From Tubiluchus corallicola (Eukaryota; Animalia; Priapulida), in contig JAQGDQ010000095.1 in the NCBI GenBank assembly GCA_030141605.1, forward strand, positions 186,001 through 250,000: a DNA stretch of 64,000 bases, read 5' to 3'. Of this stretch, positions 1-14,200 are shown piece by piece (positions within the stretch are counted from its first letter, which is position 1; every line of letters starts with the position of its first letter). The notes beneath the pieces are model-generated. The model saw nothing but the letters and a program-made list of their open reading frames with translations, had not been told where the DNA came from and ran no database searches. A program made the translations under genes and the position numbers.

Positions 1-516
1 AATAGATGTTATCTCTATAACATGCATAAGATTGGTCTCTGATGTCATAATGGCAGATTGGCGGCTTTCTCTTTTCTGCCCAGCCCAGTGGTCAGCTAGT
101 GTTTATTATGTAAGAAACTCCGAAAGCTGGCTCTTAATGAATTTTTAATAATCGGCTGCTGGTATCCATATTTCGGTCTAGTCTTTCCAATGGGGTTCTA
201 AGCCTAGTCAGTCTTATTCACCTTAGAGTACATAATTACAATGTTGATTTATGAATATAACGGAAACACAAGAGCATGACTATACTGACAAAGTGACTAA
301 GGTCTTGAAATTTCCCAAAAAATTAATAAACGGAACAATTTTAGACCATGTTTGAAAGTGTGCAGGCTCAATTTTTATCAGAACTAGTCTGTTATCTGTG
401 ATTTGTTCATTACTTTAATTAACATTTCATTCATGAGGTAAAGGGTGGGATATACTACTTAGTGTACAGCAGGGGATGCTTGAAATCTTTAATTGAATAC
501 TTGTCTTTATTTTCAG

Positions 517-3500
517 GGATATCAAAAAATGTAGATGTTGAACTTAAAAATCCGCGCAGCAGAAATGACATCTCCAGAGGAAGTGACCTAACTCTTAGAT
601 GTCTAGTTAGAGGAAATCCGGAACCCAACATTGCATGGTATAAGAACAGCATTCGTCTGTTTGGAGGAGAAAGGATAAACATAAGGTCCAGCAGACTAAC
701 ATTATCCAATGTCCGGGCAAAAGATAATGGGATATACCACTGCACAGCATCCAACAAAGCTGGTTCTCTGGACAGTATAAACAATTTTGCTCTTACAGTT
801 CCAGGTAAATGAATCTTTTGGTGACTGTGAGATTGTTCCCAGTTATATCATCATTTTCTAAACTAGCGAACAGTTATTTTAACATTGTGGCTGAAATTAT
901 TTTATGCATTAGACTTGTTTGTGATTTTACTCTGCAAAACAATGCCTATAAATAGTACCTTTATAAATTTCTTTGGTGGTGTTTTCATTGAGTTTTTTTT
1001 ACTTTCCATGATTAGAAATGACACTTGTTCTAGTTCAACCACATATTTGTGATAATACACAGCATTAGTTCGTCAAAGCTTATTCTATCATTTAATGAAA
1101 AAGTGAACTACTAAATTTGATCTTGTAGGCGATGGCGTTCCATTGATTAAAGTTCTACCTCAAGATGTGACCGTGAGAAAAGGTGATTCAACAACGATCA
1201 ACTGTCTTTATCAGAATGCTTTGCTGACTGAATGGTACATGAGAGACGAAGGACCACTGAAAAATACCTCCAGGTATATACATAATTTATGCATCAAGAT
1301 TTTAAACTAGTTTCTAATTATACATTTGCGAAATTCAGCGTACTTCTGTAATCTTGTTTGATGTCTGTCAACATTGTAATAATACAGTGATAAATCAATC
1401 ATGTTTCATACCTGGCTTTTCACTAAGTCGCTGTTCAACATTCCATTTTAGTTATACCTGATACTTAATATAATACGTTTTCAGACATGTTTTAAAAAAA
1501 TATGAATTCTAATTTTGAGTTGATTGACCTATTTTTGAGAAATAACTGAATCTTGAAAATTCAGTAATGTTGTTGTATTAATGAACAAGCCATTTCATGT
1601 GTTACAGTTTTTCTCAGCCTTAGTTTTGCTAGTATGTTGTAGTGTAGTCTAAGTCTACTTTTTACTCAACTTTTAGTGTTTCAGTCATAGGCTTACATAA
1701 TATTATTAGAAATCCTGTGCAAAAACTAAACTGGACACATTGTAATAGATAATTAGAGCATTTATGTAGATTTGGAAATTTCAGGTTTCTTCAAAAATAT
1801 AAAAATGATATCAGGTCAGGCCCCATAAATATAAACTTGAGGTAGGCTGATTCCCATTTTTAATAGCATTTCTGCGCCAAGAACATTACCTAAACAAAGC
1901 ATCCAGTAACAACTTCTAATTGCATTGTCAGTGTAAGTTAATTATTTTGCATTTGTTTTAGGATGTATATCTACAAAAATGGATCACTTCATTTTTCTCG
2001 GGTGAAAAATGCAGATGAAGGAATTTATAAATGTGTTGCATTAGGAACAGGAAGTGGACAAGAACAGACTTACCAGGCAGAAATAAAAATAGCTGGTAAT
2101 AATACAATGAAATTATTTGTTAATTGAAATTAGCTGAAATTGTTTTAGGTTGTCCTGAAGCTTACTCATATTACCTGTTTTTAATACAGTATAGCTACAC
2201 ATGTTTAGAGCTAGATATATCTATTTATTACATTTGAATAAAAAGAAGTTATGAACGGGACCATTTGTAGGATTTAAGGTCTATGTTAGACAAACCCAAA
2301 ATGTCTTAACTGAGATCATGTGGGTCAAGTATCAGACCAGTGGGTTAAAGTTAAGGCTGCCAAACTAATAGAAACTTTCAAATTCGATTGGAATCAATTT
2401 CCTAATTGAATGGAATATATTCATTTGAAATTAGAAACGAAGAAAAGCTTGCGTTGATTTAAAACAAGAATCAGTAAAAAAAGTATTTATGATCTGATTA
2501 ATAAATTGTTAATAAGGACTAGTAATTTGTTACTAACTGGTTTAGGTAAAGCCATTTTCTACTAGCCAAATTTCAAGTAACAGCAGTATTTTTATGGTTT
2601 GAAAACTAATGTAAAGTTTAAATTTAGGCCTGCTGTTAGCTATCTAGCTGTTTAGCTTGCTATTAGAATACATTGCACTACTACTTGCACATTTTTGTCT
2701 TATTCGAATTCTATCTTAATTCGAGTGTATTTTTTCAACGATACTTTAGCTTTTAAACAAGCTCAAGATATTGTGACTACCAGATAAGCATAAGCTTGTT
2801 TTGCCTTAATGCATCAAATTTAGGCATTGTTGTTCGAGACCCATAGTCTGACGCATAATTATTATGTGATTTACGATGTTATGACCATTACAGGGCAGCA
2901 GTTTACAAATTTTTTGAATTTGAATACATAGTCATATCATATCGAAGATTTTTAGTGAAATCTGAACCAAATATTCGATTTTCAGATAGATTCGACTGGT
3001 GTCTGCCAACCTTAATTAATGCATAATTTCAGAAAACAAAAACAGAAGAGGATTTGTGGGTTTCCAATATGATTCAAATACTGACAATATTTTTTTCCGC
3101 AGTACACTAGCCTAAACACATTACCTCAAATATAAAACTTTGAGTCATTAATAATTTTATAGCTCTTATAACAAATATGTCTTGCATTTAAATACAGTAT
3201 TTGTTCTTGTGGCATGTCATCGTTATTTATTAAGAACTATTTTATGGTTACAATTAATTGTTTATATCATTTCTATTATGTATTATATATTCATTTAATT
3301 TTGTTTTGTAGAAATCAGAGATTTGACTGAACAATCATTTGAACCTGTGATAATGCCAAACAAAGTAACTGTAATTCCAGTCAATACCAAATTCGAACTG
3401 ACTTGCCTTAATCCGGGAGGCTTTCCTGAACCTGCACTCATGTAAGCTCAAAGTTAGTCATTATGCATCACAAGTAAATCAATACTAGGCCTTGAAGCTT

Positions 3501-3697
3501 ACAATGTAGTTTGGAAATTAAGCGTAAGTTGATAAAGCTATATTGTTTATATATTTATGAAACTGAACAATTCTTTGGCCTACATTTGCCTTTAGTAGTG
3601 TAAGTTTTTATTAACTAACACTGATTGATCATCTCTGTAAAGTTTTTATCAGTGATTATCAATGTATTTTAATGGCAAATAAAGATTATATATATAT

Positions 3698-3735
<38 letters not shown>

Positions 3736-6700
3736 TATATGCATGAGTACATGCTGTTTATCTAGAACACTGACAACCTTAATAGTACAATAAATTTACT
3801 TGATCGGTTTTAATAAATTTATTGTACTATTAAGGTTGTCACAGTGTTCTAGATAAACAGCATGTACTCATGCATATAATGTACCTAACTGGAGAGTGGT
3901 GATAGTGATTAATCATGCTAATATACCACAGACTCTTGATTTTGTAATTGTTTCAGCTGGATAAACCCTGCAGGACAGAAAGTCAGCACATTGTCAAGAA
4001 TACGTGTCGATCAAGAAAATAAACTAATCATTGACAATGCAAGAGACGCAGATTCTGGCAATTACAGTTGTGTAGCAAGTAACCTAGCAGGAGAAACAGA
4101 ATATAATTTATGGCTTTTCGTATCAGGTAAAGTATGAATTTTCCTGTTGCTGTTTCCATTATTTCATTTGAATCAGAATCATTTTATTTCGCATGCATGG
4201 ACAATATTAGTATTACATTAAGATACAACAAAGGAACGCCAACTGCGAGGGCAACATACGACCATACAGTCCTGTACATGGTGCCCTTATTCTAGTATTA
4301 TACTTTGTAGTATACTGTAGTTGTACAGTGTACCGAAATAATTACTCTAATATAGTATAAAAATTTAATGAAGCAGTGCAGAAATCGTAAGAATTTTTTA
4401 ATACTTAGAATAGTAATAAGCTATTATTACTATGAAATAGTGGCCAAATACATGCTTGTTAAATCTGTATAATATATTTTTGTTTTCATTTAGAAAGAGT
4501 TGGACCTTCTGGTTTAGTATTTATTCATTTAGTGATAGTTGCTGTTGGTGATTCTTGCCAAGGTGCTTTTTTTAGGTGCATGCCCCCATTTCCGGCAGAA
4601 AAATACCTAAATTTGCACCTTGCCACCCTGCCTAAGCTGCACCAACGTTCATAGTTCAGTACGAGTTACTTTAGTAGGTGACAAATAATTACAGATTCTA
4701 ATGTGAGCTTTATAAATTTCTGTGTAGCAGTATATTGTGCAAACTTTTTTGTTGCGCGACATTTAATGACAAAGATACACATTTAAGCTGATCCACATCT
4801 GTAATAAAAGTACCAATCAATGTACATTAGGTAAAGCAATACATGTATTTAATTGCTTATAATATGGAATATTTCACGTTACAGTGCCCCCACGGATTAT
4901 TCGCAATCCTGTGTCACTGAGCATAAAAGAGGGTGAATCAGTGAGTTTTGATTGTGGCTACAGTGGAAGTCCAAAACCCGTAACACGGATCCAGTGGACA
5001 CATGATGGAATATTGATAAATATGGTATGACTGCAATGCACAAAATTCTTTACATGCAGCTGTTAGCCTGCAAAGGAACATCTCCTGATCTGCCAAATCT
5101 TATGCATTAATCGTGTGTCACATTTTAAGCCTTCCACACGCGCACACGTACATCATATTTCAGTTTTCACGCATTCCCGCAACTTCACCTGCAAGTGCAA
5201 GTTTGCGTATTACCTGGCTTCCTTTGCCATCAGTACAACTGTCATAAGAATAAATTCCGTAAGTGGTAATTATGTTTACATAAGAAAACTTTTTTGGGGG
5301 TTTTTGCCTTTGCGTGGTGGTGGGGAGCCGAAGAATTGGAATTTTGTTTTTTGTGGGTGCTCGTAATTTAGAATAAGTTTATGTGACGGTAGTGTTTATC
5401 AATGATAATTCCGTTACAACAATCACATCACACTTAGTAATACTAATTTCAACAGTACAGTAGCATTAATGAGTTTCACGATAGAGGGTATAACAATTAT
5501 TGAAATTTAAGCACTTGTAATTGAGTTTTTTCATGTGTACAAGTTTACAAAAGACATAGTTATATATAAAGCATAGTGAATTATAATAACAACATAAGAA
5601 AGCTCAGTAGTACCTATAATTACCATATTTTTTATTTTTTTGCTTTGACTTTTTGATAAGTTGATTATAATACCCAAAAAGCAAAAAGTTCTGGTGCATA
5701 ATTTGTTCCTCTGGACCCCTCCCGGATTTTCTACATTTCACACTCATTTTTACACCAAATGATTTGCATGTCTACATTTGAACATTACAAAATTTATTGT
5801 TCAGCTGACACTTATGCATGAAGGCTGTATTTTTGCTGTATTAAATCACTAGGCTGTTGCAAAACTCAATACTTTCTTCAACTTGTCTCTTTTACTTGTG
5901 TACGGTTATTTTCATACTACGATTCTTACATAATTGCAGCAAGATCCTCGTTTAAAAGTCCAGGACAGTGGCACACTTACAATTGATAGTGTTCATATTT
6001 CTGATGCTGGAAAATATACTTGTACTGTTAACACTACAGGGTTTGATGCAGTAACATCATCTACTGGCATACTTGATGTTATAGGTATGAATTATTATAT
6101 ATAGTTATTGTTTAAAGACTTTACAATGCTTGAACTTTTTGGTGAAAATTCACTACATGGTGAAAATGGCAAAAACATAAAAAATGAAACATTTCTGTGA
6201 CAATTATACTGAATTACATTAAACAATGAATTTTTTAGCCTACAAATTTATTTGTAACTATTCATACACAAATTACAGACTTTCATTTACATAATTATGA
6301 AATCAAAAGTTCATGTGCATGGATTTCTGTTCTTGTTTTCATCTGTATGGAACTTCACGTGTTTTGATTGAATGTATTTGTTGAAGAAATCAACATAAAA
6401 TTTTAGACTATGATGCATTCCAGTACATTTGTCATACAAACTTTTTCATGATATCTTAATTTTCAAGTGTGCTAAATTTTAGTTTGTCATTTTCTTGAAA
6501 TATTACCATAATAAATTTTTGTAGTGTTTGTTCAATACACATTTGTAAATTTGCAAGAAGACGTATATAATATGTTTTGAAAATGTTAGTAAAATCTTTT
6601 TGCTTACTACCCAGCAACTAGGTTTGCTAAGCCTTGTGTTTGCTGCATAGCTGCTATTATTGTCATTATTTTTTAAACGGCATAAAACAATTTTTAGAAA

Positions 6701-9700
6701 CACTTAAATTCCGGCCTATCCCTGTGAACAAGAAACTGGAATTGGGCACCAATGGAAAGCTTCACTGCAAAGCGTATGGTTCACCTGCTCCTACAGTCAG
6801 ATGGATTAAGGTTTTTGCATAAATTTATTTGTTCACTCTCAACCGTTTCTCATTGAAGGCTAGTATTGAAATACAATGTTTAATGATATGTAGTGAAGGT
6901 TTTATCTATATACTTTATGCAACAATTTTATTAAATTTACTATTTCAGCATCAGCATTTAGATTATATAATGCTAAATCCATTTTGTAAATTCAGAGTGT
7001 ACTAAACAGCTGTTGAGAAACTAATTTGAAATAGGCTGTAGTTCTGTAGTTAACTATACAGCAAATTGTTAGAGGTAAATCTATCAATCGCTAAATAAGT
7101 GCATTTTTTAATTAGGTGTTGCTTTAGATTAAGAGTGTATTAATTCAGTCATTCCATCATTTTTAGGTAGGAAATGAATCGTCAAAATGGCCATCACACA
7201 TTAGTGATGCGGGAGGCACATTGGTTTTTAAGGAAGTGCAGCACCTCGATGCAGGCGAATATAAGTGCATAGCGACCAGTTCTCAAGGGACCATTGAAAA
7301 GATTATAACAGTTGATGTCATAAGTATATATCATTATATGCGTATCTCAGTGTGTGTAATCGTGTGTTATGAGACATTTTAATTAACCTGCACATTTTTA
7401 TTTCTTAATGCAGTCAGTGTGGTAGAGCTGAGTAACACCAATCAAGAACCTTATGCTAGCTAATATTATTGTGATATTCGTGCAGATATTTTGCATGAAT
7501 TTTAAATTTTTTATGTAGAATATTTAACACTAACATGGTATTTACTTTTAGTTGCACCGCGATTCAAAGTCAAGCCTTCCAACACTGTGGCATTTACGGG
7601 TCAAGCTGTGACCATGCACTGCGTAGCGGAAGGTGATCCAAAGCCATATATACAATGGGATAAAAATGCGAATGTTAGTGGTTTTGATTTGCAACGATTT
7701 GAGGTAAGCTGCAGTCAACTTTTTTCGTCCATTGTGTCAAAATTATGCCAACTATTCATCTGAAAACTGGAAAATATTTTTTGTTGTATTTGTCTTGAAG
7801 CTTCTTTTATTGTAGGTTGGTTCTGTGAGTTAGCTCCAACACTTGACTAATCACTTTGATCCATAATCCATTATCACTGCTGCATATGATTTGGTTCAAT
7901 TTAAAATTGAGAATATTTATACATATATTCTTTTTACAAGCAATGTAAATGTAAAAGTTGGATATGTGATGATACAGCAATATGAATTTAAGTCACAGTG
8001 AAATAATGTATACATATACATTTAATCACAAACATTGTCACATTATAAGTGATACTAGTCACTGTGAGGAGAAAATAGGAGCATCGTGATTTCGGATCCT
8101 CCTCCAATTATACTTCACACTTTTGCAAAACGTCTTACTCACTGCAAGTATTTGTTTGACTACTACTTCCTGCAATGGAATACTGTGAACATTTTTGGCA
8201 TAAAAACCACACTAAGATGTAAAAAAGCTGAACAAGAAAGATTTTGTTGTTACAACTAAATTACAGTTTCATTTTTCTTCCATTGTCGACTTTGAATTTG
8301 TAAAATGCAATTCTGTACAATTTGTTGACTATTCAAACATGTATTCTAATAAAGTCTAGTCATATGACATATAACTATAGCTAGATCACACATTATATCT
8401 GTGATTTTCAAACCATCTTCTGTGATTGATCATAAATTATATCCATGATTATGAAACTGGTAGTTCACCTTCGATTGTGAGATTATAAGATTTTTAAGAT
8501 TATAATCTGACGTTATATCAGTACAAGGTATAGCTGTATGGTGTGAGCTTAATGGAGAAGTGACTGATACCCTTATTTTTTGGGGTGTGTGCTCTGCTAA
8601 CCAGTAGCCCCATGGCTAATTAGTCATTTTTCCAACCTCATTTTTTAAAACTTGGTAAGTTTTATGACTTTTTTCTGAAGTTTCCATTTAATCGTGATTT
8701 TACAAAGTTTTCTTTGTTATCAAAAATTTTTATTTAACTTCCTTGAAAATACAAATATGTTGAAAAATCGCTAAGATATTTATAGTTCTACGTACACTGT
8801 GCAACAGCATGCAGACTTGTACAGAAGAGATTGCTGGCAGTGTTAATCACTGTGTAAGTTAAATGTTTTGCGTATATTTAAGTGACCTGCTAGATTGCAT
8901 AATGTCTGCCCAATTAACATGTATGAGAGACCCCAAATTGAGTATTATTGACTTTAATCTAATGTCGGCAGTTCTATTAGTTCTGATTTGGTGTCAACTG
9001 ACTTTTTGTGCTATGTACATTACTGGATGGACTGCCACTTAGTATTAATTAAGTGTTTATTATTTGCAATGTTTCTTAAGTGTTTTGTCTGTTGAAATTG
9101 TTTATTGTAAGTGTTGTTTACATTTTGTTTAAGGCAATAGTTGTAAGTAATTAGTGTCCCAGTCCATGTAGGTTTTTTAATGTAGATAAAAGTTTATAAT
9201 AAATACTTTTTCAGATACTGAGCAATGGTTCACTACATGTGAAGAAGGTACTCTTAAATGATGAAGGCAGATATGGTTGTACAGCTGGAAACAGTGGTGG
9301 CTTCAAACGGGAAGAAGTAATGTTGACAGTAAGAGGTAAATAATCAATCAGAGAATAATGCCAATACAAATATATATTAGCCAATGTATTTTCTGCAGGA
9401 CAGTTTAATGATCTCATATAATATTTACCTGGTGCTTATTTGTGTAACATTTATCCTCGAATTGCTTTTTCTTTGTTGGTGCTGCTTTGATGTTTTCAGC
9501 GATAATCTCATGACTCTCATTCTTGGTGGTATAGCTGCTATAGCTCAAATTGATGACTGATTGGTGATCAACTGATGTAGTTTCACGTAATACTTGTCAA
9601 GCTCGTGTGCTTTGGTTTTTTAGTCGAACAGAGGGACTTTGATTAACTCAGAATAGTTATACGGATCAAATTTTCAAATAGTAATGAAATTTTTTTATTT

Positions 9701-11200
9701 AGAACAAGCTGAAAGTGGTGTGATGACCAAAACAATTATAATAGCGGTGGGATGTGCAGCTGGCTACATGATCTTGGTCGTCGGGCTGATAATATGGTGC
9801 AAAATTCGACGTGCTAAACAACGCAAGCAAGTTAAAGCAGACGAAGGGGAGGTGGAGGGTATGATACCTAGTAAGCATGGTCTTTTACTCACCTGGTTAC
9901 TAACATTGTGGTGCACTAATGCTTAGGTTGTTGCTTACTAATATTATCAGTCTAACAAACATGACATAATAAGTTAATTGAACTGTTTTTTTATGGGCAA
10001 TCTTCCCTTAAATCATTGCAACAACTGTGTGCTTTTACAAATTTAAAGCATAACATTAAAAATGTGTAAAGCAATGGCTAAAGATTGTAGACTCTGTGTA
10101 TTTATTGTCATTTAGAAATTGCATATCATCCTGATTTAAATTTTTAGTTGTTGCTTTTCTAAGATGAAATTGCTAATACCTTTCTGGGTATTTTCTCTAG
10201 GTTGCTGTGCCAGCTTTGCCAACTCTGATTTTGTGATTTATTTCAAAATTATATGTTTTTATTAATAAAGGATAACATTTGTAATTTTTACATTAGTTTT
10301 TTCTATAGCAAACACCCTTTATTATGGAAATTAAACTGGAACGATAAAAATATAAAACCAATTTTGAAGTGAATATTTATTGCAATGCTCTATTTTTTAC
10401 CTTTAAATATTCTGATCAATATTTTGTTACTCTGAAACTGGAAAAATGGATAAAGCTGTAAGATTTTTATTTTTGTCTGTAGCTTTATTCTTATGTATGT
10501 ATTGATGTAAGTAGACTGAAGTGAATACAAGTCTGTTATAATGAATTGACCATAAGTCTGTTACTACGTTGTTGACTATTGTCATACCTGTTTGGTGACA
10601 ACATGGGCTTTGTGGCAACACAAACAAGTTTGATTTCTTCAGTTTGGTGGAAAACATAGTTAACTGTTGAAAAAAGTATAGAGAGCTGGAGTATGAACAC
10701 CTGAAAGCTTCGGATGCATACAAACTGTAATCAATGTCATGTCATGGTTTGAAAACGGCCTTTCAAGCTGTGCACTACTTACTAGTCATAGACAGACAAT
10801 AAAAAGGATCTTTTTCCGCATCTTTACCAGGATGCACTGACTAATGAACTTGGTCCATGTGCATCATCAGAAATTTTTTGTGATAACCATTTGTAAGGAG
10901 TCATTAACAGACAGTGAATGCAGAGATGCCAAGGTTTCGCAAAAAAGTGTGAGATTAATGGTGTAGCTTGCAGCCCCTTTTCCTGAAGTTCCACCTGGGG
11001 GTCTGGAGGATGACTAGCTCCGACCGCCAATGCATTTTCATGCATTTGAGGACGTTTACTAAGCTTTTAGGGACAATCATAAAGCAGACTTTTTACAGCT
11101 GGTCTGATAATTTCCAAGTATAGTTTTCAAATGTTATTACAAAATCCCCAAATTAACTCTAGATTATAAATATTAGAAATTATTTAGTTAATTATAACCT

Positions 11201-11244
<44 letters not shown>

Positions 11245-14200
11245 AAAACAGTTAAAAAACTACATCCAATCTTTTTTAATAATCCAGCTCAATTAAATGT
11301 TAAATTTTGTAGTACAAGGTCAAATGAATTTAAAATGCAGTACTGCAGAACAAACACAGCCAGACACCATTTAACATTCACAGGGCCTTTACTATGGAAT
11401 AAACTTTGCCTAGAACTAAAAAATGCTAAATCAGAACATACATTGAAACTCAAATTTAAGAAATCAATTCTTGAGTCATATGAGCCTAATTAGTCAATTT
11501 CTGCGATTGAAAATAACACATCTTTAAATTTTTTATATAGTTCAATATTTTAACACAATTTTCGTAACACTGCAAAAATGGGTAACTTGGTTTATATCAT
11601 TGAACCTGGCGCACTATCACCATTAGCATCAATTCATTATCATTGTCATCAACATTAATATTACCATCGTTGTCATCATTATCATCAACATCATTAACAT
11701 TGTCATTATCATTTTCTTGCATCTGTTTTCTTCGCTTCATTTAACATATTTTTTTTATTAGTTGTTAATATAATTTTAGTCTTATCCATGTTGAGCGTAG
11801 CTCATAAGTTAATTTCTTCTGCTGCACTCATAGCACTGTAATGCACTGTTAATTAGTAATTTTATAACATTTATTTTTATATGTGCTAAATGGATGAATA
11901 AATAAATCTAAATAAAAAAAAATCCTAATATCAACAAGCCAAAAAATTTGTAAGCTCTCAGTGAGTGAAGGCTACTTGTATTTGCAAAGTTTTGAACTAT
12001 TGACTCACATTGAAATCACTTCAGTAGTAATAAAGTTTCCTTGTATGATTAATTAGTCATTATTAGTTATAGGCTTGCATATCAAAGAAACTTTGTCAAT
12101 GTTAAATTTATGTCATCACTAATTGAGGATTTCTGTTCTTACTGTTATTATTATGCACAGAGCTCGGCAAACTCGAGGAAAAGTGACTGTTTTCTTTTTA
12201 TTTTAAATTCATGCACTTTCACTTATTCTGTCTACATTTTAAACGTGGTAGAAATAACTTGTTGGGCACTTGAATACGCTACTTCTAAAATTGACATATA
12301 TGCTATTATTACTGAGAAATTTATTTATAGGCACGTATGTGTGTGTGTCATAGGATTGTCACTTATCAAAAAATAGTAGCAAATAAATATCTTAAATGTG
12401 AAACTTTCTTTTGGTACTAGTAGACAACTGCGAAGCTAGTGGGAATAGGCGCATTGTAGTATCTTCAACTTTGTTCATCTTAAGGTGCCGCTTTATTGGC
12501 CGCGAAAATTTCTTGGCATACAATATACACTGTACACTTTCCAATGTGGGGCCTACTTACAACTGCATTTAAGTGAAATTTATTAGAAGCTAAAAAATAT
12601 TCTCTTCTATACTACCACTTGAATCTTGACTTTCTAAGTATTGACGCTAAATGCACTTTTTAAAATGTACTTATTATAGTTTTAATAAAGCAGAACCATG
12701 GAAAGAAATGAGTTGGCAAACTTGGCATATATGATTGCAATGTACTTTATATTGATAATTACTAATAAAGCAACTTGTTTTCTACATTTTCATATGTAAA
12801 CCTTGGATAATTTTATGCAGTTTGAAATGCATGGGTAATAAAAATGATTATTGTGGCACATGCATAATACTTAACATGTCTTTGAACATAATTTGTTTTT
12901 TTTATTTAGGAAATCAGCCAAATGGAGCAGTTCCATTTCCCGGTGGAATGGAATTGCAATCCCGTTCAGATGGTGTATTAAGTGATGCTACTAGTAGCCA
13001 CACATCCAAGAGTCGTGCAAGTTATGATAGGTTACAGTTTCCACGCCATGATTTAGCCACTATTGGTATGCTAGGTGAGTACTGCTGATTGATTGTTTTT
13101 TACTGCTTGCCTTTGGAGACTCCAAGCTTACTTGCATCGATCTCTCAATTTTTATTTGGTCACACAAACTGGAAGCTCAGGATTTGTACAAAAACATTCT
13201 TCTCCTGTGAACAAAGACTATTGCAACACCTCTTGCTTCATTGTTTAAATGTAATAGTAATTTGTAATAATTTCATTAGCATGTTTTACTACTGGATTTT
13301 CAGGAAAAGGGAATTATGGCGATGTCTTTCTAGCTCGGGCACGAGGCATACATGATAATGAAAAAGAAACTGTTGTTATGGTGAAATCATTGCTACATAA
13401 AGAAGAGCAAGCACAGTTGGAATTTCGGCGAGAATTGGACATGTATAGCAAGCTGTGCCATCCAAATGTTATCATGCTGCTGGGTATCTGTAGGGAAAGA
13501 GAACCAATGTTTATGATATTTGAGCATACTGATTGGGTAAGTTTTCAGAAAAAGCAAAAGAGACAAAAATTTTCTTGGATTAATTAGTATAATGGTAATC
13601 AACGTTGTGATTAATATTATATGTTTCACTATCGTGTCTCACTCTGCTCTTTTAATGTGGTTAGTGATTTTATACTTCTGTAATTCTCCTTGTGTCTGAT
13701 CTGCTGTGCTTCTCTGTTTTTTCTATGTGCTTATATCCCTTTTATATGTTAATAATATAAACAAAAAACTAAAAAAAAAAGATTAGTTCCATAGTTCTAA
13801 TTATTCCTTGTTATTCTTTTGTTTTTGTCATTTTTTTGTTCACCTGAAGAACTACAGCGGTAATTTGAAATGTTGAGCCCTTTCTTTTTCTTTCTTCATT
13901 AATTATGTGATTTTTCTGCATTATTCATTCGTGCAATACAAATCTCAAAGCCTCTTTATTACATTGTTTTCTACTTGTCTATTTGTGAGTCGGGTGCACT
14001 AAATCTGTTAATATCAGCACTTTTTTACTAATATTTAATTTGCACAATGCCAAGATACAAACTATAGTTGCATAGTGTGAACATCAAATAATAGGTGAAG
14101 ATTGAAGATATTAAAATGCTGTCAAACTGCTTTTCTATAAAAAGTATGCAGGTATTGTATTCTGCTTTTAAAAGTTAGCTAACATTACTACTGTATCATC

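Noticed and set aside
12161-12182. Possible PTK7 microexon (cag|agctcggcaaactcgaggaaaa|gtgact)
   Set aside because: 22 nt would break the frame between two phase-1 exons; weak donor.
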